The notes: a model not told the origin generated them from the sequence alone. A stretch of 64,000 nucleotides of DNA from Octopus vulgaris (GCA_951406725.2 OX597814.1:65844001-65908000); one strand, 5' to 3'; positions 1 to 16,200 are shown, counted from the first letter of the stretch. Made by a program: numbers and translations.

Positions 1-561
1 ATATATATCCCTATACATGGATACAGTTATATGTACGTCTATTCTATATATAAATATGGATGGATAGTTATCTGCACGAAATTAGATATATATACGTAAA
101 TTTATATTTTATACTTATACTATATCTAACATAAAAATAATGCGTGTGTGTGTGTGTGTCCGTGTATGTATGTAAACATATATCAGATATATGTCTTTAT
201 TTATGTATTTATTATGCATATATAAGTGATATGGAATGTTTACAGCTTGCCATTCATATACACGTTTTGAAACGCTACATGGAATTCACCATATGAAGCG
301 TACAAAAATGAATCTGTAATCAAGCATCAAGTATTTTATTCCGTAAAATATAGCAGTGTATACTCTTTGCTACGTAAGCACGTGATATCGAAATTGTAAT
401 GATTTTTGGTCAATGAATGATGAGGGGTTACGGTTTCCACCTTATTTTCTTTTCTTTTTTCCTGTTTGTCGTCCTCCTGAGGGAATGACAGGGAATATAG
501 ACGCCAGAGATTCCGGTAAACTGGCCTTATGGGCCTATGAGTCGGGAAGCATCTTTGATAC

Positions 562-995
<434 letters not shown>

Positions 996-1368
996 TTACA
1001 CTTATATACACACACAAAACAAATGCATATATACATGCTTGCATATATATGTGTGTGTTTGTGTGTGTGTGTGTGCGTGTACAGAAGGGAAACCACAGAG
1101 GGACAGATATATATACGTGTAGATATATGTGTGTGTTTGTGTCTGTGTGTCTATGTATGTATTAAATTTATATTATGTGTGGATATATAAATATATATAT
1201 ATATATATAAGCAAAAATGCTAGTTAACCAGCAAGAGGAGGTGTGCTCTTGGGATTAAAAAATCGCAGTACACTCCGCTCGAACGGATAGCCATGTTAAA
1301 GTGGCTACGAATATCACTTATATAAATACATTTATATATGTATACATACATATATATATGTATTTATA

Positions 1369-1412
<44 letters not shown>

Positions 1413-1415
<3 letters not shown>

Positions 1416-1720
1416 GTGACTGTGTGGTAAGTAGCTTGCTTAGCAGCAGCATGGTTCCGCGTTCATTCCAACTGCGTGGCACCTTGGGCAAGTGTCTTCT
1501 ACCCTAGCCTCGGGCCGACCAAAGCCTTGTGAGTGGAAAAAAAGCCTTGTGAGTGTGTGTGTGTGTGTGTGTGTATTAGTGTGTTTGTATGTGTGTCTTT
1601 GTCAACCCACCAGCGCTTGACAACCGATGTTGGTGTGCTTTACGTTCCTGTAACTTAGCGGTTCGACTAAAGCGTTGCTCCAGTATGGATACAGTCAGAT
1701 GCCGGAAACAAAAAATAAAA
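1413..1720 (+). mobile_element. tRNA-derived SINE, family C (bipartite with internal microsatellite)
   Basis: ggagtgactgtgtggtaagtagcttgc head, B-box-like gttcattcc, caccttgggcaagtgtcttct..gccgaccaaagccttgtgagtgga, (TG)n, then gcttgacaaccgatg..gtaacttagcggttcg; many copies in window. Confidence 0.8.
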
Positions 1721-1743
1721 GTGCAAAAAGTCATGTATGTGTA

Positions 1744-1787
<44 letters not shown>

Positions 1788-1806
1788 TTTCTAACCAAAC
1801 ATTTAC

Positions 1807-1842
<36 letters not shown>

Positions 1843-1983
1843 CAAGATTAATCAGCCGAAATTACTACGATGATCCGGTTCTTGACTGAAGACTGAGGGT
1901 TTCGAATGTCCTGTCCGTGTTTATTGTATCGTCTTCTAAGAGTTATACGTTCTTGTCCATGTTGTATTTTTCTACATACCTTA

Positions 1984-1985
<2 letters not shown>
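1843..1985 (+). mobile_element. Short TA-flanked dispersed repeat with hammerhead-like fragments
   Basis: Between two (TA)n tracts; homologous to the reverse complement of 13810-13940; contains cagccGAAA and CTGAAGA...cgaatgtc. Confidence 0.55.
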
Positions 1986-2021
<36 letters not shown>

Positions 2022-2027
<6 letters not shown>

Positions 2028-2162
2028 CTTAAATGTTGAAGTGAATCGAACGGCTTTTGTGTGTTTCTTAAATGGCTTATAAACACCTTCCACGCTGCAA
2101 TCGTTTTCGTTTCAGCACACGATCTCAGATCAAATTACTTGCTATGCGAGTACATCTCCGTA
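2022..2162. mobile_element. Short TA-flanked dispersed repeat, partial inverted copy at ~12195-12260
   Basis: ccacgctgcaatcgttttcgtttcagcacacgatctcagatcaaa matches the reverse complement of tttgatctgagatcgtgtgctgaaacgaaaacaattgagcgtgg at ~12196. Confidence 0.6.
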
Positions 2163-2333
2163 ATATATATATATATATATATATAATTATATATATATAT
2201 ATATATAGTTATGTGCATAAATATATGTATATGTATATTCGTTACTGAAGTACATTCATGTATTTACTTTACATGTATGTATTTTACATGCGAACATACA
2301 CAAATATACACATATAAATATATAAGTATATGC

Positions 2334-2384
<51 letters not shown>

Positions 2385-2798
2385 TACCTTCCGTTCACTA
2401 AGTACTTTATGTCTGACACATAAATACATATACCTACATACCAAGACACGTATATAAACGTATGCATATACACACATATGTACATACATATATACATGCT
2501 TGCATACAACCATGCCTAAACTTTGTTCAGAACATGCAAGCACGTGTTTTGGTCCGTGCGTATTTAGTAAATATTACGTAGTTTTTATATTCTGATCGAA
2601 AGATTATTGCACTGCACTGAGAGATACATACACGGATGGATAGATGGATGGATGCGTGGATGGATGGATGGACAAGAAGGTAAAAGTAATCTTTTACAAA
2701 TGCACAAATACATAAACACATATATGCTTATATATACATACACTCACGCACAGCATACACATACGCGTGTATATACACGTTTATACATATATATATAT

Positions 2799-2888
<90 letters not shown>

Positions 2889-3232
2889 GCACACACACAC
2901 ACATATAAATATGATATATGTGTGTGCGTATGTGTAAACAGACACACGAGCACATTAAATGCATACAAATCTGCGCACGCACTGATATGCAGGCATGCAT
3001 AAGAACACACATGTATACATATCTGGTGCTCCTTGTGTATTTATGTTTCTGCGCCTCTCTTTTTGTATGCATGATTTTGTGTACTACCGAGTCACAGTGC
3101 ATATGCGCGCTATTGTGCGAATGCATGTGTATACGTAGACGCACTAACATATACGTACACATATATGCACATCATATGCCTATATGTTGTTATATAGTGA
3201 TAACTGTATACATACAAAGATGTATAAGTATA

Positions 3233-3458
<226 letters not shown>

Positions 3459-3496
3459 GTGTGTGTGTATGTATGTATGTATGTATGTATGTATGT

Positions 3497-3530
<34 letters not shown>

Positions 3531-3809
3531 ATATATATGTTGCTTTTCAGAAAACGGATATACTACACTTTTACAACTTTTGATATCTCGGCATCTGAGG
3601 TGGATGGAGATATTATAATTTAAACAAAAGAACCAGCTATTGCAAGCAAAAATAGATATTGAAAAAAAAACAAAAAAACGTATTTAGCCAAATTTGGACA
3701 TACGACATGTTTAACATAATAACAACGATATATATATATATATATGTATATATACGTACATATATAGTTATATATGTATGTATATGTATATATATACACA
3801 TATATATAC

Positions 3810-3856
<47 letters not shown>

Positions 3857-3933
3857 TATACATATGTATGTATATATATATATGTATATATATGTATATA
3901 CACATACATACCTATATATATTACCTATACATA

Positions 3934-3966
<33 letters not shown>

Positions 3967-4057
3967 TATACAGGTGTATATATATTCAAACGTTCATATT
4001 TGTATGGTAGATACACGCAGACACCCATACAGACACACACTTGCATATATATATATA

Positions 4058-4441
4058 TCTCTCTCTATATAAACGGCAGTTTGTCTGTGCGTGTTTCTGT
4101 GTGTCTGTTTTCTCGTACCCTCACTCTGACCACGGCTTTCAACCGATTCTGATGAAACTTGACACACACATAGCCCAATGTCATAATTCAAAACTAACGC
4201 AGCGAAAATTTTGAAAAGTTCCCCCAGTTCTGAAAAAAATCGATAAATTCGACATGGGGTCGAGAATTAGAAACCCAAACCACAGACCGTCTAGGGGACG
4301 CAACTCTACCTTTTTTAACTCTCAAAAAAATTTACCATCATTTGTTTTCCATTTTTTTGCTATTTTTTGGCTATAACTCTCTAAAAATGCTTTATAGTTA
4401 TTTCCCTTACAAACCTGAGCAACGCCGGGCGATACTGCTAG
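4058..4441 (+). mobile_element. Non-autonomous Helitron
   Basis: Inserted between A and T; 5' TC..ctatataaac..gtttgtctgt; internal aaccgattctgatgaaacttg motif typical of non-autonomous Helitrons; 3' GC-rich hairpin cctgagcaacgccggg then CTAG terminus; no TSD. Confidence 0.8.
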
Positions 4442-4454
4442 TATATATATAAAT

Positions 4455-4492
<38 letters not shown>

Positions 4493-4533
4493 ATATGTTG
4501 TTTGTATATATCTACATATACATATAAATAACA

Positions 4534-4846
4534 GGCACTCCGTCGTTTACGACGACGTGTGTTCCAGGTAATCCGTCCATCGGAACCCTGTGGTCATAAA
4601 GAAAAAAAAACGCGTACCATTAACGAAGTTCTCAGGGAGATTCAGCATTACACAGAATGTGACAAGGATAGCCCTTTCAAGTGCAGGTACAACTTATTTT
4701 AGCCAGCTGAGTGGACAGGATCAACGAGAAATAAACACTTTAGAATGAAGTATCTTGCTGAAGGACACAACGCGGTGTCGGGAATTGAACTCACGAGAAT
4801 TGAACTCCTGAGTCGAATACCACTAACCGCCAAGCCACTCGCCTTC
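4534..4846 (-). mobile_element. tRNA-derived SINE, family A
   Basis: Reverse-complement homolog of 39485-39810 (tggcttggcgg A-box, gagttcaattccc B-box, 3' gtaaacgacggagtgcc). Confidence 0.8.
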
Positions 4847-4922
4847 AAGATATATGTATACACATGTGTATTCATATTGTACTGATATTCACGCGCGCGT
4901 GTGTGTGTGCGCATATATATAT

Positions 4923-4954
<32 letters not shown>

Positions 4955-6083
4955 ATACACTATACGCACACACATCTATTGATATTTATGTATATACATA
5001 TACATACACATCGTCGCATGCTCGCATTAAGACATATTTATTCCCTCTATTTTTAATCGTCAGAAATTTACAACAGAGAGTCTTGCGCCAAGAGTTTCGT
5101 TCATGTGCCAAGTGCAATGCACGAAACTTTGGGTCGTCTTAAAATTTCTACCGATGTATAATGAAAAGACTAAATGTGCTCATGTATTGAGGCCTATTTC
5201 TCCTGCTTGTCCTACTAAACCTGAATTTACACATAATGATGTATTTATACATATATGTTAGCGTATATATATATGTATATGACTGTGTATCTAAGTGTTT
5301 ATGTATGTTTGTGTATGAGATCATGTGTGTACTCGTATACGTGTAAAAATGTAAGCATGTACTTATGTATATACTTGTTTGCTGTAGAAAGAAACAAATA
5401 CATTTTTCCATATATATAAATACATTATGCTAGCCAGGTTCCTGCATGTCATGCTGATGAGGTAATCGCCTGGATAATACTTATCCCACCAACTATTATA
5501 TATGCGTATGTGTGTCTATGTGTCTGTGTGTGCGTAAAACATAGAAAATAAATACTCACACACATTCATGTACGCATGCACACTCACATACATACATGCA
5601 TACATACTTACATACATACATAAATACATACATAAATACGTGTCTACTTGAATGTATATATTGATATGTATGTGCATAATTAAAGCATAGAATATAGGAG
5701 GCACTGCTCCAGGGCGGCCAGAAAATCATCACTGGTCTGAAAGCCATCTTATTCATACTACGAGTTCTTCATATATTGCTTTATATATAATTACTTATGC
5801 CATAAATACTTATACTGCCAATTATATATTGCATGCATATTCATACATAAATTCACAAGTATATACATACCTATATGTAACCTCATACATGTATGTAAAA
5901 TAACATGTATTTACATGTTTACATCTGTAGGTGTTTAGATAGACTCCGTTATGTATTTACGGTAGCACCAGGCTTCTCTCTTTTCATTCTTAACAGCACA
6001 GGCCGTGAATCTGTGTGCATGCGTTAAATCGTATGTTTGTATACATATATTAGATCTGCAATTCTACACCATGCACGCGCGCG

Positions 6084-6140
<57 letters not shown>

Positions 6141-6649
6141 GTACATACTTATATACATACATATGTGTGTATACATGCATATATATATGTACATATGTAT
6201 GTATATGTATATATCTATCACATGTATACATGTAGATACTTCTACGTTTATAAATGCATAGGAAATGAAATGTTGTCATGAGATAATTCAGAGTTACTTA
6301 TAATAATAATAGTGGAATCACAGTCCATATTTATAAATATATGCATATATGTATGTGTTGTTATGTGTGTGTGTGTTTGTGTGTGTTTATTAAAATTCAT
6401 GTCTGTTATAAAGAATACAAAATTCATGCAAAGACTGATAATTGATTTATTTGTGTCTGTTTATCTGTCTTTCCCTCAGTATAAAGCAGCTATGTGAAGA
6501 AGATTTTTTCAATATAAGCACATACCCACATACACTTATACACTTTCACATATATCTGATAAATACACAGATAGACAGATAGGTAGAGTGATTGACGAAT
6601 ACCTAATTGGAAAATAAATGTAGATAAATAACAGTTTATGTGTGTGTGT

Positions 6650-6688
<39 letters not shown>

Positions 6689-6747
6689 ATATGTGTGTGT
6701 GTGTATATATATATATATATAATACATATGTATATATTATATATGCT

Positions 6748-6813
<66 letters not shown>

Positions 6814-7363
6814 CAAATTGATAGATAGATACATACAGACATACCTCCATACATACATATAAATATATGTCTGTATCTGCGTGAGTGTATATATATGTGT
6901 ATGTATATATATATATATATATATGAAGTATTTAAATGTATGTATTATAATATATATATGCATATAATACATTTATACACATATACGTATATAGATATAT
7001 GAATGCATATAAGAATCCATGCATGCTTGTAGACATATATAAATACATAAACACGTGTGCTGTTGCATATTTGTATGGATGTGTTTTGTGAATTACAGAC
7101 ATAATTTTATAATTACATGCACATATTTGGTTGGGTGAAATGTGCCTCACCTTTTCCAGTATCTTCCTACTCCGTCTTAATCATTAATTAATTGACCATA
7201 GCTTACTAGTTCTACATTGACTGAAATGATATTCTGAAAGGCATCACAACTTACAGTAAACTATTTTCGCTATCAGCTTGTGTTCAGCATTTCTATATCG
7301 CTAATACTTTTGTACATGACTACATACATATATAAATGCATATACATCCATGGACGAACATAT

Positions 7364-7434
<71 letters not shown>

Positions 7435-7626
7435 ATCTATATGTGTGGGTATATAACTATGTATATGTATATATATTATACATATAGGGATAGATATGTG
7501 TGTGTATGTGTGCATACAAGCATGAAGTAATACTGTCTTACATAACTATACAAACATTCGTCATGTACTTACACATGCATACTTATAAATTTACACATAT
7601 TATGTGTGTGTATGTATATATATATG

Positions 7627-7673
<47 letters not shown>

Positions 7674-7934
7674 TCGTACATATGTACTTACATGCATAAA
7701 CGCACATATACGAAGGCACGACAGTTCACAAAATTACGCAAATTATTCTGTAACCAAAAAAAGTAAAAGAATTTAGTCACGATATGAGAAAAACCACTCC
7801 AAGCGTCTAAAATATGAATATATAAATATACTGCGGGTGTCTTATAACAGGAAACAATGAATAAACTCATTGTACTTTTTTTGCTACGTTGCAGCTGTGG
7901 TTTTGATAGTCTTGTTATTGCTAATGTTGGGTGG

Positions 7935-8150
7935 AGTATTTGGCAGAATCGTTAGAGCGTTCGCTAAAATGGCTTGTAGCGTTTTCCCGACTCTGTACCT
8001 ACTGAGTTCAAATCTCGCCGAGGTCAATATTGCCTTTAATCATTTCGTGATCAATAATATAAAGAAGTCCAAGTCAAGGAGTAAGGTCAATGGTATCAAC
8101 TAATCGCCTTCTCTCCAAATTTCAGGCCATTTGCCTATGCTGGACACAAT
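7935..8150 (+). mobile_element. SINE family B (degenerate)
   Basis: tggcagaatcgttag..ctgagttcaaatctcgccgaggtc..ttgcctttaatc..aaatttcaggcc. Confidence 0.7.
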
Positions 8151-8718
8151 TGATTTTGTTGATCTTCTTCTTCCTCCTCTGCTATTTTTGGTTATGTTGT
8201 CCGTCAGGTAATATTTGACCGTGCAATATTATATATTCAGAGATATTTTCTCCTTAACCATCTTGCTATTCTCTCAGATACCAGCGATCCGAGTTTACTT
8301 CTAACATATACCGTATCATTTTATACTGTGTAATTGGCACATGACTCCTATTTCTAGCAAATCGACCAAACACCCGTCGACTCCCTCGTTCATTGTAGAG
8401 ACCATGACAATAGTTGTTGCTGTTGTTGTTGTCGACAATCTTGTTACTGTTTCGTTATATAATGCAGCACAAATGGTTATAACCAGATTCGTGCCAGCTG
8501 TGGTCATCCTGTTACTTTTTCACAGACATACTCTTCAACTGCATTAGGCAGTATCGCCTTCCCTTTCAAGTCTGTACTGTTTCAAATAAAACAGTAGACA
8601 CACACACACATATATATATATATATGTATGTACATACGTACATGCATATATATATACACGCACACACACATATACACATATATATATACATATACATATA
8701 AAAATATGTATGTATATA

Positions 8719-8852
<134 letters not shown>

Positions 8853-11058
8853 TATATAAATGGATGGATGGATGGATGGATGGGTGGATTGGTGGATTAA
8901 TAGGTGTATATTACTTTTTTCCTTCTTCTTCATCCAAAGAGTATTGTCATGCTGGTACACCGCTATTGGTGTAATTATTAGTTATTTAATTTTGCTGTCC
9001 TTTCTATTGAAGTTTTGTTGGATAAGGAAGTTGGTCAACGCCGTCCTAATTTGGGTTTCTTTCGTGATGTGGGTTCATCATTCTTTCCAGATAAAAAGCA
9101 TTGCTTCTTTTAATACATTAGACATAGTCTTGCGCATCTGTGAGAGTTTTTCAGTAGGCTCTTCTACTCTAAGCTGTTACAGTATTGAGTCCTTGGTCTG
9201 GATTGAGTGGTTAAGACCTTCGGTACTTTGTAGTGACATGCATTTATGTGGGTTGGTATGGTTTCAGTCCTAAATTTAAGCGCAATCTATATATGTATAT
9301 ATGTATGTGTGTATGTATGTATGCATGTATATATGTACGTATGTATCTAGACATACATACATACATACATACATACATACATACATACATACATACATAC
9401 ATACATACATACATACATACATACATAAGACATTACGTGTTTTTACATTATTGGAGTAAATCTTGCTTAAAGTTATTTCCAGTGGTCATTACAGGTTCGT
9501 TACTGATAGGTTTAAACCTACAACTAACGGACCTTTGAGTACTAATGGAAGCAGCTGTAAGCTTAATTTACTCAAATAAAATATAAATCTGTTATAACCA
9601 TTATTTATACCTTGCTTTTTATAGCACTGTAGTTTAACTGGAGAATAATCACGGATTTACAATATAGAATGGTGATGAACTACAATTTCGGACAATATTG
9701 TTAGCCTGGTGTACTGACAGTGAGCTTATGAAGTTTTTTGCCCAGGTTGATAATACCTCACAAATAATTTTGTTTATACATGTATGTGTGTGTATATATA
9801 TATATATATGTGTGTGTATGTGTGTGTATGTGTATAGATATAGATATATATATATATATATAATGTAATACACACAAGCACATACTCACACTACACTTCC
9901 ACAGACATATACACTCACATACGTGCATGTATTTATGAATACATACATACAAGCATACATGCATACACACACACACTCACACATATATGTATATGTGTGT
10001 GTGTGTGTGTATACACACACACACATATATATATATATATACATGTATATATAAAATAATAGATGCGGCTATACGCAATATAAACCCAAAAAGGAAAAAT
10101 TCAGTTGTTATTAGTAGTGATTGAGGGTGCAGGTTAGCACCTACATTGCTAGAAATAGGAGCTAAAAAAAGCCCTTACACCCGCAGGTATGTGTATGTTT
10201 GTGTGTGGGTATGTTTATGTGTGCGTGTGTTTGTATGTGTGTACGTATGTATGTATGTATATTTATATGTATACGAACATATATGAACAACTTTCCTTCA
10301 GTTTCTATCCAACAAATTATTTTACATCACCTTGGTCGATCTGGGGCTAATGTAGAAACGAAGACCACATGGTTGAGAAGTAAGTTTGTTACCCCAAAGC
10401 CATCCCTGCGCTTACGTGGATATCTACATTCATACACACCTTCTTATATGTTTGTGTGTGAATATGTGAACATGTAGGTAAATATGTAATAAGTTGCAGT
10501 TTGGCCAAAAGATGATATAATTCGCTTTGCAGCCAAAAAGTCCCAGTCTCAATCATTTTCAATAAATTCGGTTTTGCCAATAGCTTATGAGCGGAATACG
10601 GCCCGACGGAAACTGTACAGGAGCTCATGGGGCGGTTTCTACCCGTTGTTCGACGTTGAAACCTTGTCATGCAAATGTGTCACGCCGATTTTGCAAGTAA
10701 AATACGTTGAGTGTAGCCATGTTTCTCAGAGCACAGCCACATACGCGTTAATTCAGTGAACAGGTACAGGTGATTAAGGTGGCCCAACAAGTCCCTGCAT
10801 ACTCTAAATAGATAGGCCACTAAATATATAGACATAGGAAAGGATTTCAGCCGCCCAACGTCGGCGATTATTCCATATCCATATGAAGTCAACTGAAATT
10901 TAAAGTAATTCGTATGTACACTAAATTTGACATACTGTGACAAATTATGGGTACGATTCATCTGACAGGCGCCTGTACAATTGTCGTTGACGTAATTTTA
11001 CTCACCAAATATGGTACGACTCGACACTATGTGCATTTTGTGAGTGTGTGGGGTGTGA

Positions 11059-11108
<50 letters not shown>

Positions 11109-11379
11109 GCACACAGCCACACGCACACGAATCCACGCACATATACATTTATATAGCTAGATAGGAAAATAGATAGATAAAGAGATGGATAAAAATGGGA
11201 GAGAGATAGAGAGACGTTACACATACATGAAGATTAATACCATTTTATTTAAGCATAAACAAGAAGCTTTCAATAAATTATGGCCTTAATGCATCACACA
11301 CACACACATACTTACATATACGTATATAAACATTTATATACGAATACACAAGCACTATATACTTATACATACAAATGTG

Positions 11380-11462
<83 letters not shown>

Positions 11463-12151
11463 GAATATATACATATTTGTATGTATAAACAAACATACAT
11501 ATAGTTTTATATATATATATATATATATATACATAAATATATGTATACGGACATATATTGGTACGTACATACATATATACACATCCATATATGCGCGCAC
11601 ACATGCATACGTACAAATATACCTATATATACACATACATACAAACATGCATATATATATATATACATACATACATGCATACATGATTAAGTACATACAT
11701 ACATATATACTTCCATACATGCTTACATACATATATCCGTCTGTTTGTGTGTAAATTCCATTTCATTCAATTTTTATCCATTTATTTTTGTTGACAGACG
11801 GCAGACTTGGATGTTCTACGGTGTATACGTACAGATATAAACACATATACACACATACAACTTTAAATGCTGCATATATTAGGCGAATATATATAGTAAT
11901 AGCATTTTAAACAAATTATGGGGTTTTATATACGTATTATGGTTTTTATACATTTCCTTTACAAAAATATTTCACAGTCACAGAGAGGAGGGTGTATGAT
12001 CTTGATGCTTGAAATTAAAAACATTAGGTAGTAGACTAATATTGAATAAACTATAATGTCCCCTACCAGTAGGGAAAAACAGAGAACTCCAAACAATTCT
12101 AAACCCTAAGACACTTACACACAGACATATATATATGCATTTGGCCAAGAG

Positions 12152-12199
<48 letters not shown>

Positions 12200-12978
12200 A
12201 TCTGAGATCGTGTGCTGAAACGAAAACAATTGAGCGTGGAGGGAACATTTAAAACACAAGCCTTCGATTATCAACATTTGTATTTTCAAAATATTTTCCT
12301 AAAATCCGGACCTGTGAACAGGTCGCGGATTGCGAAATTTTGACAAATAAAGTTGGGCGGTTTGTGTTTCTTAAATGTATACCTCCACTTTATATATATA
12401 TATATATATATGTACATTTGTATTTCTATGTATATATGTACGTATAAATTTATATGCATGTATGTATTTATATAAACACTAAAGTGTAAACAAGCCTTGG
12501 CAATGTTTATATATTCATGAATATATTAGTAGAAATTATATTTGCACGCGTTGAGTTACGTATGTTATATGTAAAATAAATATATGAGCAATATGATAAA
12601 ATTGAGAAGAGAAATTTTACAAAATGATACTCAGAGTTTTTCGTAATCTGTCTTTATAAGGAAAATTCTAATTTAGGAAACGAGATCGGAGAAGAGAAAC
12701 AAATTGCAAAATATAAGATAATATAATACAATATAAAATAATATACTAAAGTATATCATGATGTTATATAGGGGCTCGAATATCATGTTTTACATCATAT
12801 CAACTCCAATACGCATGTATATCTGGTCCACTTTTGGTTGAATCTTTATGATAAGGCACCGAAAGTAACACGTTATCGACATAAATGCGAATTCGGCATG
12901 GTGAAATGCATTGTTTCTGGGTTGTAGTTGTGTGATATATTTATGTGTGTATAGATATACATATATATACATACATAC

Positions 12979-13106
<128 letters not shown>

Positions 13107-13519
13107 GTATATGTATGTGTGTGTGTATGTGTGTATATAATTATTACGTTTGATAATGGAGAGATTCAATGGATATAAATTAATTTATCAATTAATTATC
13201 ATCATTGCCTACAATTATTTCAATAAAAATTTATATACATATGCATATATAAACATATGTTCATGTATATATGTATAAAAATATGTGTGTATATATATAT
13301 ATTATATATATGCATATATATACATATATATATACATACATAACTATATATATATATACATGCGTGTGTAAATTGCACGAAATGAGTAGACAGCTGACAA
13401 CTGATGAAGGCTCGTTCTTTGTGGTACTTTTCCTGTTTTCCATTGTTTTTTTCTGTATTTAATTCATTTGTTTTCGTATTTGATATTGTTTACAGTTGGT
13501 GACTTCCTGTACCAATGTA

Positions 13520-13577
<58 letters not shown>

Positions 13578-13675
13578 CATGTATATATATTATATATATT
13601 ATTACTATATATGTATACATACATATTTAAATATATGTCTATGTATACATTTATATATATGTGTGCATGTGTACA

Positions 13676-13735
<60 letters not shown>

Positions 13736-13809
13736 CATACGTATATTCGTATATATATATATATGTGTGAGCATACATTGATATATATGTGTGTGTCTGT
13801 ATATATATA

Positions 13810-13940
13810 TGTACATAAAAAAATACAAACTGGGACAAGAACGCATAACATTTAGAAGATGATATAAAAAACACGGATGGGACATTCGAACGCTTCAAAC
13901 TTCTGTCAAGAACTGGATCATACTCGCAATTTCGGCTGGT
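13810..13940 (-). mobile_element. Short dispersed repeat, same family as 1843-1985
   Basis: Reverse complement accagccgaaattgcgagtatgatccagttcttgacagaag..ttcgaatgtcccatccgtg aligns with 1853-1975. Confidence 0.6.
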
Positions 13941-14259
13941 ATGTATTTATATGTGTATGTATGCATGTATATGTATATGTGTGTATGCGCGTATGTATAT
14001 ATGTATGTACATATATGTGAATGTACACACACACGCATGTATATATATATATATACACACATATATATAAATATATACTAGATATATTATATGTATGTAT
14101 ACGATGGCAATCAGTGCAGAGTTTCTATTTAACAAATACCACTGCCGGGTGTGATCGAGGGCTATTTGTAAAATACACTTCCCCATGGTTCCACACGGTG
14201 TGATCTCTCCTCTAAACAAGTGGTTACGAATCAAACGAATATATGTGTGTGGGTGTGTG

Positions 14260-14290
<31 letters not shown>

Positions 14291-14291
14291 T

Positions 14292-14520
14292 AAGGGTTGG
14301 CTTCCAAGTTGCATTCCCTCGCTTTCGGCACACTGTATATTTATTATGGTAGTTTTGACTTTAAGAGTCCCTCTTAACGTGAGGCATTTTCGTGTAGTAT
14401 TGCCCATAATATGAATAAATATATTTACATTGAACAATTATAAATTTTCCCCTTATAAGGTTTTCACGCTGACCTCTTGATAATTTCTTGTAAAGATTTT
14501 ATCCTATATTTAAATTTTAA
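14292..14520. mobile_element. TA-flanked dispersed repeat homologous to the fold-back element at 60405-60785
   Basis: gttgcattccctc..cactgta..atggtagttttga..aagagtccctc..cgtgaggcatt..gtattgcccataatat is shared with 60670-60785. Confidence 0.65.
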
Positions 14521-14839
14521 AATATATATAAAGACATATTTCTGGAAGAAGAGAATATTCATTACAAGTATGAAACAAAATATTTAGTTTGTAAAGCATA
14601 TAAAACGCACACAGCACATATATTACGTACATCTATATACGGACATATAAACATGCATAAACACACGTATATATCAATATTTGCACGTTGCTTTCTTCTA
14701 CCATTTTACTGATTCAATAAATTTTTCACATAGGTAAACAGATTGGAGAACCACATATATAAAGCATATACTGGCATATACATCCTCATAAATATACAAA
14801 ATTTATAAACACCGAAATACTCATATATATATGTATATA

Positions 14840-14884
<45 letters not shown>

Positions 14885-14901
14885 CATGCATACATATATA
14901 C

Positions 14902-14986
<85 letters not shown>

Positions 14987-15147
14987 TGTATGTATGTATA
15001 TATACACGCACGTAAACATGCGGAAGAGTACAACTGACAATTTAGCGAACAGACACACAGACACAGATGAAGCACTGAAAGAAAAGAGTGTGCGTGTGTG
15101 TGTGTGTTTGTGTGTGTGTGTTTGTGTGGTTGTGTGTGTGTGTGTTT

Positions 15148-15188
<41 letters not shown>

Positions 15189-15404
15189 TGTGTGTGTATT
15201 GTAAATAAAAATAATATAATATTAATAAAAGTAAAAAAATAAAAATAAAATGATGGTAGGAAGTAGAAAAGAAGCAAGAAGCAGTAAAGAAGGCCAAAAA
15301 ACTTACAGCTGCCACTTCGACCACATCTCCTTGCAAGAACTACATGCACACCACCCGTATAGCCCCACCTTCCTTCTTCGATTGACGCCGCTGCTGCTTG
15401 TCTA

Positions 15405-16200
15405 GCAGTTGTTGTTGTTGTGGTGGTGGTTTTGGTGCTGCTGATCTTGGTTGTGATGATATTAGAGGCGGCGCCGGCGGCAGTGGTGGAGGAGGTGGTG
15501 GTGGTGGTGGTGGTGGTGGTGGAATGAATGGTTACTGGTAGCGATGACGGTATCGGTTCTGTTGGTCGTATTACTTGATGTTGTTATCGTTGTTGTTGTT
15601 GGTGGTGGTGGTTGTTATGGTGATGATGATGCTTTTAATGGAAGTAATAGTGATGCTGGTGTTGCTCTTATTGTTATTCGCGTTGATGTTGCTTGTGTTG
15701 GTGATACTGGCGGAGGCAAGGGTGCTGGGGGGAGTGAGGTTAGTAGGGAGGTATTAGTTCTCCTAGTGGTGATGACGGCGGTGGCGGTTGTGACGGCCTC
15801 CGCGGTGATGGAGACAGCGGGGATGCTGGTGGTGGTAATAAAGTTATAGAATCGTTTAAGATGCTAGTGGCGGGTGTGACGTAGAATTTTGGCAGTTTGT
15901 TATGGCTGTAGTGGGATGTGCAAATGGTAGTGTTGATGGTGTTGGCAGTGATGGCGGAGGACGCGGTAGAATAGGACGCGGTGACGGTGGAGATGGTAGC
16001 GGTGCTGGTTGTGCTTTTGTTATATGGCGTTAGAGTTATTAAGTATCCTGTCGGAGATGGTAAGCAGTCATATGTCGGTAATGCTTGTTATGTAGTAAAG
16101 TTCCACGACGGGGGCGTTGGTGTTTAATCTGGTAGATTCAGTGACGCTAGTGATGTTGTTATGGCAGTGTTGTTCAATATAGTGGAGAGGATGGTAACAA
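15405..16200. repeat. Degenerate (GGT/GTT/GAT)n low-complexity tract
   Basis: G/T-rich trinucleotide-derived sequence giving Val/Gly-rich pseudo-ORFs. Confidence 0.85.

Noticed and set aside
5445-5475. CTGATGA followed by a small stem (also at ~13401 and ~56416)
   Set aside because: No correctly placed GAAA or stem III, so not called as hammerheads
8890-9290. 137-aa hydrophobic ORF 8860-9273, or a decayed LINE on the minus strand
   Set aside because: ORF starts in a (GGAT)n repeat and has no recognisable family; LINE resemblance too faint
15544-15849. Hydrophobic Val/Gly-rich ORF resembling a membrane protein
   Set aside because: Derived from degenerate GGT/GTT low-complexity sequence
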